In this document: positions 1 through 11,722 of the stretch, piece by piece | Layout: each line of letters starts with the position of its first letter | Numbering within the stretch: position 1 is the stretch's first letter | From: Azolla caroliniana | Taxonomy: Eukaryota; Plantae; Polypodiophyta | Direction: 5' to 3' | DNA length: 64,000 bases | Assembly (NCBI GenBank): GCA_043228905.1 | Contig: JBHGNT010000062.1 | Span: forward strand, 86,555 to 150,554 | Notes under the pieces: generated by a model | Databases searched by the model: none | Told to the model about the DNA's origin: nothing | What the model saw: only the letters and a program-made list of their open reading frames with translations | Translations under genes and position numbers: made by a program

Positions 1-486
1 GTTTATTATTAACATGTTTATATTACTCAATTGAGAATAACGAGTTATGAGACAATTTAAAAGGCTCAATAGAAAACAGAGAATTTTTACTCGAGTTTGA
101 GGACATTTTGAGTAAGGCTAACTAAGATCATGGGATTCCAAAATAGGCTCAAGTTTAGTTCTATAATAAGCACCATGTCTAAAGACATTTTTTTAAAAAA
201 CAAATGTAAATTTTATTTAGAAATAAATAAAAAATAAAAAATAAAAAATAAAATTATATAAGGGAAAGTCATCTTCATTGTCATTATCGCGTTCAAGCAA
301 CAGAAGAGCACAAGAGCAAAGAGCAACCAAGACTTCCAGTTTTCGCCTCCCTGGTCAAGTCGACACCAATGTCAGTAACATGAACAAGGGAAAGACGATT
401 GCTAGGTATGTTTTCCGAACTCTATTTTTAGATTCTTCAAAGATTCCCAAAAGATTCCTTTTTGTGTTTGTTGATTTCTGCGTCTT

Positions 487-790
487 GAATTCAATGCTTT
501 CAATCAAGTTCTCATAATTTCAACAAGAACTCGATGCAATACATCGAGTTCTCGTTGAAAGGGGGGAGAACTCGATGCACTGCATCGAGTTTATATTGCA
601 AAGGGGGACTTTCAACGAGAACGTGATGCACTTGTTGAAAGGGAGGAGAACTCGATGATGTGCATTGAGTTCCCGTCGAAAGGGTTTTGCTTTCCACGGG
701 AACTCGATGCAATGTAGCAAGTTCCTGTTGAAAGAGTGTTTCTTTCAATGGGAACTCGATGCACTACATTGACTTCTTGTTGAAAGGGGC
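487..790. repeat. Array of about 6-7 imperfect 25-bp palindromes (GAACTCGATGCA-N-TGCATCGAGTTC) in 40-53 bp units
   Basis: Units at about 487, 527, 568, 618, 648, 701 and 752, most followed by gttgaaaggg-like sequence. Confidence 0.85.
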
Positions 791-1088
791 GACTTTCATG
801 ATCAATATACTAGAAGTGGTCACTTTCTTGCTATTTTTTTGCATTTTTCTCAATGTTTTTTTATGTAACATTACATTTAAAAATGGGTGATTTTCGCCTA
901 CTTTTGCGGAAGTTTACCTTAGTTTTCAAGTTTACGTTGTTTATTTTTAAGATTATTGACATATCATTGTGTTATTACTTGTTGTTTTTAGTGAATCACG
1001 ACAGAAGGTCCCATCCGTTAAATTGAAGATTCCTCCCCAACAAAAAAAACTTCTGACACCATGCCCAAGCCTGACTCACAAAAAACGT

Positions 1089-4000
1089 TGTCGTGCCTTT
1101 CGGCTCCGAATTGTTGCATGAGTCGGGTGGGAACCGTCGGGGTTTTGGACTAGGAGGAGGAAGAATTTGAGACGAATCTAGTTATGAATAGATTTTAAGA
1201 AAGAGATCTAAAAACCTCGTGAATCCCACGAGTAGAATGTATTTTATTAGATTAATCAATATTAAGATAAGATATGAATTTGGATTGAAAGAGAAGAATA
1301 TAGAAACCTCGTGAATCCCACGAATGTAATTTTTTAATTGGTGTTTTTAGAGATATATCCAATTTCCAAAAGATTTCACACTTACTACATTGTGCTCCCA
1401 TCCTTATATAGTGATGAGAGAGTCTTGGAAATCCATGGTTTTTTCTCTAATTATGCCCTCCATGTTTTCTCTATCAATAGACTATATGCTTTCTCTAACA
1501 TGCTTTCTCTAAAGTCATGTGTTTTTTATCGACTATAGTGTTCATGCATGCTAGATGTGCATGTGTAGCTTTTTCTTTTATCATGGGTTTTCCTAAATTT
1601 TATCCTAGCGTGAACTTACCTTTCTATGTGGGACATCTACTTTTTGACACTAATGATATGTTAGTGTAATGGTAAGGCTTCATATTATTAACATGGAGGT
1701 GCAAGCTTCAAATCTTGCCCTATGCATGTAATATATATTTTCGTCGTTTTCTTCATATTTATTAAATCGGGTACTTTATATGTTTTTTCATGTAGTGTAC
1801 GAAATACACTACGACACTTGCCCCCTCCCAACCCGCACATCCTCCGGTATGTGCCGAAATTACCGGTGCTCGTAATTCTTCTTTACCCGTAGTACCCTCT
1901 ATTTCTCTCGCTATGTCGACTTTGTCTCTCCATTTTGAACACATCCATTCTTTCCACCCGAACCATTGTCTCCATCCGATCCACAATATTCTTCGTTCAC
2001 TCTTTGCATGGACATGACCGGTTGTCATGACTCCTTGTGCTCTTCTTCAGCTTAACCCTTCATGTCTCGTGCATCTGCCACCGTCGTTCTGACCATCTCC
2101 TTGGTCAAGACACTCGGCACTTCGTCCATCTTTGTTGTATACTCTAACGTTCGAGTTGACAATCTTCATGTTAGAACCCTCCTTCTTTGTTGAGATCTCA
2201 TCCTCGGTAACACCCTTCAAATCCACTTGGCCCTTGTCATCTGTGGTAGTGTGCCTGCTTGGCCTCTTCCTTGTCTTCATCAATCTCGACTTCTTTCCTG
2301 ATCGGTCTCATCCGATCGGCTTTCGGTTGGATTGGCTTCCGATCGGATTCGTATCCCGTTGAATCGGACTCAGTTGATTGGTTTCAACTGAGTTGGCCCC
2401 CTTCCAGGTCAAGTTCGATCTATCGGTTTCGATTTTGGTTCACTTTCTTTTCCTCGTGTTCACCAGCCTCGACCGGTTCAACCTCCGGTTGAGTCGGATT
2501 AACTTTTGTTGTGCCTTTCGGCACCGGATCATTACGTGAGTCGGGTGGTTTTGGACTAGGAGGAGGAAGAATTTGAGACGAGTTTAATTATGAATATGAA
2601 TCGATTATAAGAAAGAGAGATTGAAACTTGTGAATCCCACAAGTATATTGTATTAGATTGCATTAATCAATATAAAGATAAGAATATGAATTTAGATTGA
2701 AAGAGAGAGATATAGAAACCTAGTCTCAAATTCTTCTTCCTCCTAGTCCAAAACCCCGGTGGTTCCCACCCGACTCACACAACGATCCAGCGCCGACACA
2801 GTTGGTGAACCCGACGTAAAGACGGGTGGAAAGGAGATGGAGAATCAACAAGAGGCGATGAAAACGATGATGATGATGTTCGAGTGGATGTTACAAGAAC
2901 AACGGGCGATGTCGAAGATCACGACGGCAGTAAAACGGCTCGTACAACGAAACAGACAGTTCAACGGAAAGGATGCATCACACTATCTACGTGACTACAA
3001 AATGGAGATGATGCAATGTGGGATACCAGAAGGATTGCAAGTGATATCCTTTAGTCGGGTGGCCGCGAATGAGCTACTAGAGAGAATCCACAAGATACAA
3101 CAACAAAACCCGACATGAGAGGCATATGATTACGAGAGATTGAAGGGACGAGATCGGCGAGAGTTTGACGAATGGGTGGCATCAGAGAAGACCCACCGAA
3201 CTACAACACAAGCATTCCTAGGGTTCGAGCATCGTTTTGCTCGACTCTCGGAGCGGGAACAAAGATTGGAGGGGGAGGATAAAGTCCTAATGTTCGTAAG
3301 ATCGATCGATCATAAAGAAAGGATGGACATCAGGATTGAACTCGAAGATAATGACGGTGCAAATGGTCTTACCAAGGATTGTGTTGAAGTCAAAAAAAGT
3401 ATGCTAAAGACATGATAAAAGGAAGATGAGAATATTGTTGGCAACAACATGGCCTATAAGGGATGATCTATTAAGGATGAACAATGTGGTTGATACGAAG
3501 GCCGAAGTACGATACATCAGTACTACAGGAGAGGGTATAGAGCAAGACATCCTCTTGTCTTGCGAAAGAACGATGGCTAAGGATAAGACCAATGACTTGA
3601 GAGTGGCGAACACCACTTCAAGGGTGGAAGAAGGTTTTGGGATACGAGTGTCCGAAACATCGAGAGACAAAGGGGTAAGCATAATCGATGCTTGCAAGAT
3701 CGAGGGAGATAAAGAGTGTGAGGCGTACATGACTGAGGAGGAAGTCACGAAAGATGACATCGAGTCGGAGGTGGCTATGGATGAGTCAATGGGGGATGCC
3801 TGAGGCAAGACTCTCCCAACACAAATACCAAATATTTCGGTAGTTGCGTTCGAAAAGCAACGTGAGACCGAAGAGACGGAAGGTGGCGGAGAGAAAACGA
3901 AGGTCGAACGAAGGTCGATGTCGATGCATACGATGGAGAGATAGCCGAGAAGGTGGCTATGGGTGAAACGACGGAGGACGATAACACCGAGGATTCTTGC

Positions 4001-4307
4001 CCACTAATTCTAGAGACTTCGGTGGTTGTGTTCAAGAACCAACCTGAGACTGGAGAGACAGGAGGTGGCGGCAAGAAAGGTAAAGTCGAAAGCCGGTTCA
4101 GATGGAAAATGATCCGGGCGGAATTCCGATCAGAAAGAAAGCCGACCTGAAAGGGGGTCGACTCGGTCAAAACCGATCGACCGAGTCCGATTCGGCCGAA
4201 CGCAAATACAGATGGAAGTTGACCTAGCCGAAAGCCGATCGAACGAGAACGATCCTAAAAGAAGCTAATCCGACTCACGCAACAATCCGGCACCGAAAGG
4301 CACGACA
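1089..4307. mobile_element. Rearranged non-autonomous gypsy-like LTR element with inverted termini and 4-bp TSD (ACGT)
   Basis: ACGT at 1085-1088 and 4308-4311; the empty site is visible at about 55586-55607. Minus-strand LTR 1089-1816 (TG...CA) with polypurine tract (PPT) at 1821-1829. Partial LTRs at 2507-2720 (-) and 2721-2800 (+). Primer-binding site (PBS) TGGTGAACCCGACGT at 2803-2817. Gag-like ORFs 2759-3415. Confidence 0.8.
2803..2817 (+). promoter_or_regulatory. Primer-binding site, complementary to the tRNA-Trp 3' end
   Basis: TGGTGAACCCGACGT directly after an LTR end; matches the plant tRNA-Trp(CCA) 3' end ...ACGUCGGGUUCACCA as recalled. Confidence 0.7.
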
Positions 4308-6079
4308 ACGTTTATTGAGTCGGGAGGTGACAGGACTACCCACACTTTAGGCGAAAAAAGTAGTGGGGAGCCTCACCTGAAGAGCTACCCTCATGTCGAG
4401 TGGACATTAATCTATACCCAGGACGAAGGAGATTTGCTCCTTATTTTTGTAAAATCTAAAGGTGAGGGCAAGTTGCAGGTGGGGAAGACTTTCACCTACG
4501 GCCATGTAAAGAACATCGAATACGAAGACAATGACTCATCGAACCTCTTGTTCGATGTTGATAGCTCGATGGGGACGTGCAGACTCAGGATAGATGAACA
4601 AAATTTCGTAACTGACTCGTGCACCCGAAAGCTTTGAAAAAAGATGTTCAAACCAAAAATAATTTGATTGTTGCTTTCCGCCCTTATATTAAGGGAGAGT
4701 TGATGGTCGCACAAGCAACCACACCACCAAAGTCTGCCAATAAATCAAAACCGGAGCGTAAGAAGTACAAGAAAAGGCAGCATCCCGAGGACGAGCCCGA
4801 GGTACTCAAGTTCGTGGTAGATGAGGAGGAAGAAATCGTGTTTGATGTTATTCCTCCAGGGGGGGCACATTGCATCAAGAATACTCACCTCAAACCAAAA
4901 TCAGATCAGAGAAAACATTGTAAAGATGAAGCTTGTCTATAAAGGAAAACTATTTCACTTGCCCATCTCCTCTATTTAGAGGCCACCCATTGATCCTGAA
5001 ATAGCAAGACGAGCTCTAGAAATAAGAGAGAGACATTTAGTGCATGTGAAAAACTTAAAAAGCAAAATGAAGATAAATTCACATGCCACTGTAGTGCCAT
5101 TCTTAGTAATGGTAGACCCTAATCAGTGCCCAACTATTGTTGACTTTAAGTACAATTTGGTTGACAACTACACATACTACGTGATTGGAGGATCCCACTC
5201 TGCTGAATCTCGACGTCAACTTGTGAAGGAGTATCCTCTTACCCCATTCTTCAAATATGCATAATGTAAAGTGTACGTTGGCCTTAGACATGAAGAAGCC
5301 AAGTTGTTAGTTTGGGGTCATAAAAATGATAATGACTACATATATTAGAAGATGTCATGTATGTATCGAGTGCATCAAGTTCTTCCATCACGAGTACCTT
5401 GATGCATTGCAAAAATTTGGTCCTAGGTTGCATCCTGGATTGCAACGACAATGTCTGCTTGAAGTGGGGATAACAGTTGACGAAAGCACTAGGTCTGAAG
5501 GCCTAAGGAAATATGACTCGTGGTTTCAACTTGTGTTGAGAACAAGGGAGGTGTGGGACCTCCAAGATCAAATTTTTAGTATGTGGGAGCGGAAAGAAAT
5601 AAAGGGTCAAAGATCAAAGAAGGCTAAGCTCAACCCACAAGTGGAGATGAAGTCTAAGTCACATAAAAGTGACTTAGTAATTGAAAACTTAGCTGAGGAT
5701 ATGAAGCTGCTTCCTTGGCGGACATTGCAAGGAATCAAAGATGACAGATTATTAATATTTGTATTATCAAGAGTGGTCGTCAAGGAGTTCAGCCTTGATG
5801 AAATGGTCACAGAGTTTCAAAAGTGAGTATTCTATGTGATGACTTATTTTCATTGTATTGTGGGAATAATTTGCTCTTTATAATAACCTTACTTTCTTTT
5901 CATTTTTAGCCATAAGGTTTATATGAAGATACAAGAGTTGATGATGAAAACATTGTCCTTGCCTACATGGGAAGAGGTGGAGCAATCGTGCCCCAAAACA
6001 TCATCATACAAGGCTCTTGAAGAATTCTTCATTGTGTTTAGAGAATGGGTATGTATGTTGTACAAATATAAAACACCAC

Positions 6080-6500
6080 CTAGACCAATATGCCCCATCT
6101 CCTCCTCCTTGGCCATGATTCACATTGCTTGAGGCGAGTCAATCATACAAGAACTTGATTTTGATGGTATAGTCATTGACAAACATATGTTTTTGTTGTA
6201 TGGACTTCACTTCTGGTTAGAGTTGAAGTTTTTGTGTGATTGTGTCGATGGATAAAATGTTTCGTGAGGTTCTTCCATGCCCCCTTTTGTTATCTTCACA
6301 TCTGTGACATAGCCAATCATATGGTCATAGTATACTTTACATGGCTCACTAGACCATATGATGTAGCATATGGTCTAGTATACATTATGTGGCTCCCAAG
6401 CATATGGTCTAACAAGGCAAAGCATTAGATGGATCACTCCTTGCTTCCATTCACAATTATATGTATTGATAATGGCAAACATGTTTTGACAATCACCTTC
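6080..6500 (-). mobile_element. Highly degenerate copia gag remnant
   Basis: Minus-strand translations HMIGYVTDVKITKGAWKNL and QKLQL*PEVKSIQQKHMFVNDYTIKIKFLYD resemble the gag at 36589-37089. Boundaries approximate. Confidence 0.6.
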
Positions 6501-8044
6501 AATGTATCCCCAATATGCTTGCCCCAAAAGGTATCGATGGATCTTGTATATCCATGATGCAAAAGTGTTGTGGTATGGAAACTTCTATCCTTGAGGAAAG
6601 CTACCCATTTGTTGATTCGTGCAATTCTTCTTTGTGTGGTAGTGGTTTCTTCTTCTCTTCTTGTTGGCTTCTTCCTTGTTTCACAACACGTGAACAATAG
6701 AGCAGTAGCTCTTCCACGCACAAGCTACAATGTCATGCTATGATTGCAATAGTCAATTGTAGGAGTGCATGTGAGCCAAATTCTTTCCATGAAAACCACA
6801 AAAGACCGAGCGGTGTTGTGTCTCCCATGACACACATCGTGAATTCCATGTAAACCAAGGATAGATTTCAAACGCAAATGAGTCGCCAAGTCATGTAAGC
6901 GTTCAAGCAATAGTCGATTGTAGGTTAATTACCTAATTTTTAACAAATGGCTTCATGAAAACCACAAAAGACCGAGTGGTGTTGTCTTGCCCATGACACA
7001 CATTGTGAATTGCATGTAAACCAAGGATAGATTTCAAGTGCAAATGAGTGGCCAAGTCATGTCAATGTTGGCATGTGTTGAAGACTTATTTCAATGCTTT
7101 GAGGCTAGTGTTCATGCTAAGACAACTGGACCAAGGGAATTTGAACATATTACGGTTGTCGAGGATGAATGTGTGACCAGGTATACAAAGGAACGACTCC
7201 TCGCAAACTCAAGATTGGAATAATTTTTGCCTTGGTTAGTAACTATTTTTTTTGCATGTTCAAGGCATTGATAGTGAAGAGTTTGGAGGTTGGGAGGTCA
7301 TTGGTTTGACACAACATCAATGTGACATATTGTTCTACAGAAGTGACATATTATGATTCCGAGAAAGTTGTAATGTGAGATTAAAATTTGAAACTGTGAC
7401 CATGGGTATGATGTGGAGTATATAACTAACCGAGAGTACGAGGGCAAAGAAAGACTTACCACAAAGCCAATATAGGTAGCTCTAGTACGAGAGAGATTTT
7501 AGATATAGATGGTCATTAGGTTTCACATGAGTTTCATGTGAGTGTGGTGTCCCTAAAGAGTCCCAACCAGACCATGGTTCCGAAGTGAGTCAAGACGGAC
7601 TCAAGAAGCCCCAAAACGTATTGGGACTTAGAAAATGCCCAGTCCTAGACATTGCCGCAAAAACAACAACGTCCCAGTCACCAACCACACAGTAGCCTAA
7701 AAGCCATCTCTTGGCCTAACACTAAGGAAGTCCACCAGCCAACCCTTGCAATTAATTTTAGACTCCTCTCCCGAGTATCTCACTCCGTAATCCTCATTAG
7801 CTCTAATGATTTTGTAATAATCTACTTTAGTTTGAGTGTTTTTATTAGTGATCATAACAATGGAGCAGAACATTAGGGTTAGAGTATGGTTGTGGAATTG
7901 ACATGTAAAGTGAAGGGAGCTATGCTGGAAAGTAGTGGAATGCTGTAACATATTGAGTTGTGGAATGAGTATACAGATTTGGTTGCTGGATCGCGAATAT
8001 CGGATTAGAATGCTCTGTCGTTGTAATTCTATACTCTGTGCATT

Positions 8045-10650
8045 ATGTGCTTTTCGTTAAGCATAGCCCGTGCCACTTCGAGGATGTGCCGATTCTTGCG
8101 TTCGGCCACTCCGTTATGTTTTGGCATATGTCGACACGAAAACTCTCGTCGTATTCCTTCTTTCCGTAGAAACGCCGAAAATTCGTCGAAGAAGTACTCC
8201 TTGCCTCCATCTGACCGAAGACATCGTACATGTCGGGCCGTGGCTTTCTTGACTTCATTCTTGAATTTTTGGAAGTGTCCGAACACTTCGCTCTTTTGCC
8301 GCATCGGGTAGATCAAGGTGTGTCTAGAGAAGTCGTCGATGAAGGTCACGTAGTATCGGCTTCCGCCGAATGTCCCCGTCTGAGCCGGACCCCATACATT
8401 AGAATGAATTACGTCGAGTACGCCTTTGCTCACGTTCCGCTCCTTCGGAAATGGGTGTCGATGTTGCTTGCCGAATTGGCAAGTGGCACACACACACGCC
8501 TTCAATCTCTTTCTCCGTGAATGTTGGGAGCCCAATGACGACTCCTTTCTATTGCATTGCCTTGAGCTTTTGGAGGTTGATATGGCCAATCCTCTTGTGC
8601 CATAACTCTATGTCGGAATCGGCTTTCACGCCCTTTGCGAACATGGCCGATTTCATCTCGTGTGAGTCGAGAATGAACATTCGGCCCTCTCTTCGTCCGC
8701 GTGCGATGAGTCGGCCCTCTTTTTCGATGAAGCAACCGCCTTGATTAAATCGTACTTGCATTCCTTGCTCTACAATTTGCCCAACGGAGACCAAATTCTT
8801 CGTGATACTTGGTACATGCAAGGCATTTTTAATATAAGTTTGCTTACCTTCTTCTCCGAACAGAACATTGCCAATGTGCCGAATCGGGTGCGTAGTATTG
8901 TCTCCGGTTTCGACATAGCCGGGTTGGTCCGGCTCTCGAAGCTCTCGGAACCATTTTTTATGCGACGTCATATGGTTCGATGCATCGGAATCGACGAACC
9001 ATACGTCTTCCGGATCAAAGGCATTAGTAGAGGTAGAGGCCGACATAGAATTCGCTCTATGTCTCATCCCTAACATTCCGCCGCGATCGTCATAATCGGA
9101 GTTGATGGCGTAGTTGGTGAGTTGTCGGCTAGTGGAAGCCGACTTGCGTATCTTCTTACGGCATTCTTCTTCGTGGTGGCCAATTTTTCCGCAATATCCG
9201 CATTCGACCAAGCTTTGTCGGTTCGGACCGGAATGGAAGCTCCCCCTTCTTCCGAAGGTTCCTCGATGGCTTCCATCTTGATGCCGAAATTGCGAGTTGT
9301 TTTCGTAAATCGGGCCTTATCCGCCTCGTCCGCCACGTCCTTGGCTGAATCGGCCTCTTCTTGCATAGCCGCGTCCTCTTCCTCCATCCGAATGCGTGTA
9401 GAGCACTTGGCCTTCCGAGGCATTGTTCCTTGTTTGAACATGATTCTCTTCTACCAACAACATGGATTGAAGGTCGAAGAAGGAGGGCGGATTCTCCCAT
9501 GCTAGTACGGCGGTCTGCATTGCGCCAAATCGTGGTGCAAGGCCGCAGAGACATATTTGCACCATCACTTCATCCTCCACGTTTACGCTTATGGAGCTGA
9601 GTGAATCACAAAGCTCTTTGATCTTCAAGGTGTAGCTCGTGACGGACATATCCCTTTGTTGGATATTATTCAACTCTTGGCGGAGTTGAAGCTTTCTCGC
9701 GGTAATGTTGGCGGTGAAAATCTTTCGGAGATTCTCCCACGCTTCCTTCGGCGTCTTGGCTTCTCCAATGTACCCAAGCATGTGGTCGTGAACACATGTC
9801 GCCAAGCAATACATCACTAGACTTGCCGCTTGCTCCCACGTTGCATAGTCAACGTTTTCCGGGTTGGGTCGATTTTCTTGTGCTCCTTTGATGTAGCTCC
9901 AATAGCCTTGGCCGACAACGTATTAGTGCATCTTGTACTCCCAAGATGCAAAGTTGTTGCGATGCAAAGTTGTTGCGATCCAACTTCTCGCTAGGGAGAG
10001 CGCTCCCCATTTGAGTATTCATTGTCGATGTAGATTTCTTCCTTCTTTCCTTTTCCTTCTCTCTCGAACACGAGCTATGTAGTCGCACTACGATAGCGAT
10101 GAGCCGGTTCTTCTTGAACGTCGGCGTAGAGCATAACACACGATCACGATGAGGCGAGTGGGCTAGATCGAGTTACCAAATCGCTCTGATACCATGTAAA
10201 GAATCGGGTATAATTCTTGTGTAGCGGAAGAGATGTGTGTTATGTGTATGTGTCAGAGGAATTAGAGGAGAGATGAGAGAACACTACATAGATAGACAAG
10301 AGAAATAAAATACTCAAGAAGAAGGTGTATATTTCACAAGTAGAATAAGAATTACAAAATGTAGCATAATAAGGAGTCACAACCGACCTAATATGAAGTA
10401 TGAGAAGGGTGCTTTATATAGTGTCACCCTCTCTCTTCATTAACTTTACAACAACCACTCTCTCTTGGGGAATGTGAAGACTCATAGTCATGGGGAATAT
10501 GTAACTCATTAGTTAGGTGTCATAGAATATGATTCTATTACACATAGTTAATGTGTAGAGAGTAGTGGTGTGACTATTGACTTCTGAGTAATCATCGATT
10601 CTCAAAAGGTGTGTTCACACGTGGCGCTATGTTGAGCTTGATTCTCAACA
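8045..10650 (-). mobile_element. Truncated duplicate of the Ty1/copia at 35756 (5' LTR 10195-10650, tRNA-Met PBS, gag, protease, half integrase)
   Basis: Reverse complement of 35756-38361. Zinc knuckle CGYCGKIGHHEEEC, protease WFVDSDAS, integrase FIDDFSR/LRSDGGKEY. No reverse transcriptase (RT) or 3' LTR. Confidence 0.93.
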
Positions 10651-11218
10651 GCACCAAACCCTAACTCGTAGGTATCTATCTCTTTCGAAGCCTACACAAC
10701 TTCTAGATTTGTCTTTTCTTTTCTTTCTACTACACTCTTCTTCCTTTGTTTCTTCTCACGCTCGGCTTCTGAGCTATGGCACTCGCATAACCACTACTAT
10801 GTTAGCTCTCTGTCGTTCTCTATATCGCTCTACTCTTGCAACACCTTCTATTATACCTTCCCGCGTTCACTTAGACACATAACTTCACTTTCACGATTTT
10901 ACTCACTGTTTTTATTCTCAATGAGTTATCCAACATACAAATGCAACTAGTTCGACTCACTATATATACTAACTCATCTCACATACATATATATGAATAC
11001 ATATATATATGTGTATATGTTCGTTCGAACTTCTATTTGACCGAATCCCATTTCATTTCGGCTTTCTTACCGAATTTGGCCAACCAACTCTCGTTTCGGC
11101 TTTTCGGACAATTTTGGTCAGCCAACTCATTTCGACTTCTCAACCGATTTCGACCGGCCGACTCTCGAGTCGACTTTTCGGCTGACTCACCCACAAGCAG
11201 GGACAACCTTTCATAACA
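10651..11218 (-). mobile_element. Duplicated 5' part of the Tnt1-like copia LTR (copy of 35188-35755)
   Basis: Reverse complement of 35188-35755, starting TGTTATGA at 11218. Confidence 0.8.
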
Positions 11219-11555
11219 CTCTTATTTCGCAAATCTTGTTTCTTTTATAATTTTGCTACATAGCACTGCAGCCCATTTCTGTAGGCTTTACATGGTTCCA
11301 GCACAAAAAGAAAAAAGAAAAAAGAAAACTGACACAACTTAATAGCTCACGACACAGGCTTAAAATGTACACAACGCGAGAGTTTTCTTAATTAGTAATG
11401 ATGGTATGTATAAAATACAGTGGGAAAACCATTGTTCCGATACTTTTAATGATCTGTGGGAAGGGGTAAATCAAGGCTATTATTAATGCAATATGGACAG
11501 TGCAACTTATTGATCCTGACCATATACATACATACATACATGTATTATGTATTAT

Positions 11556-11604
<49 letters not shown>
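11556..11604. repeat. (TAC)n microsatellite downstream of FRO; 3 units longer than in the right arm
   Basis: Read directly; accounts for the 9-bp offset between arms. Confidence 0.9.
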
Positions 11605-11606
<2 letters not shown>

Positions 11607-11722
11607 ATCCATCATTATTCTTCATTCATAACAGCCAACGAAATGGCGGCTCAACAGTATATAGTGCAAGAAACACAGACAATATTCATAATAATGGTGA
11701 TGGTGGAGAGGACTAAATCTGA

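Larger units (their letters stand above)
307..6048 (+). repeat. Dispersed repeat copy 1 (palindrome array plus ParB-like gene); direct-orientation homolog of 54836-57189, interrupted by the insertion at 1089-4307
   Basis: 307-1088 and 4312-5930 align colinearly with 54836-57189 (shared agcacaagagcaaagagcaaccaaga start, matching ORF translations, same intron). Confidence 0.9.
1061..6048 (+). pseudogene. Decayed spliced gene with a ParB/Srx-like motif (copy 1), probably transposon-borne
   Basis: ATG at 1061, split by the 1089-4307 insertion. ORF pieces 4434-5826 have stops and frameshifts. Motif YYVIGGSHSAESRRQL at about 5175-5222. GT-AG intron 5823-5909 and in-frame exon 5910-6048 ending at a GT donor. 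Confidence 0.65.

Noticed and set aside
487-790. CRISPR-like look of the spaced palindromes (also 18150-18805)
   Set aside because: Repeats are degenerate, the spacers resemble each other, no cas genes are present, and the context is eukaryotic.
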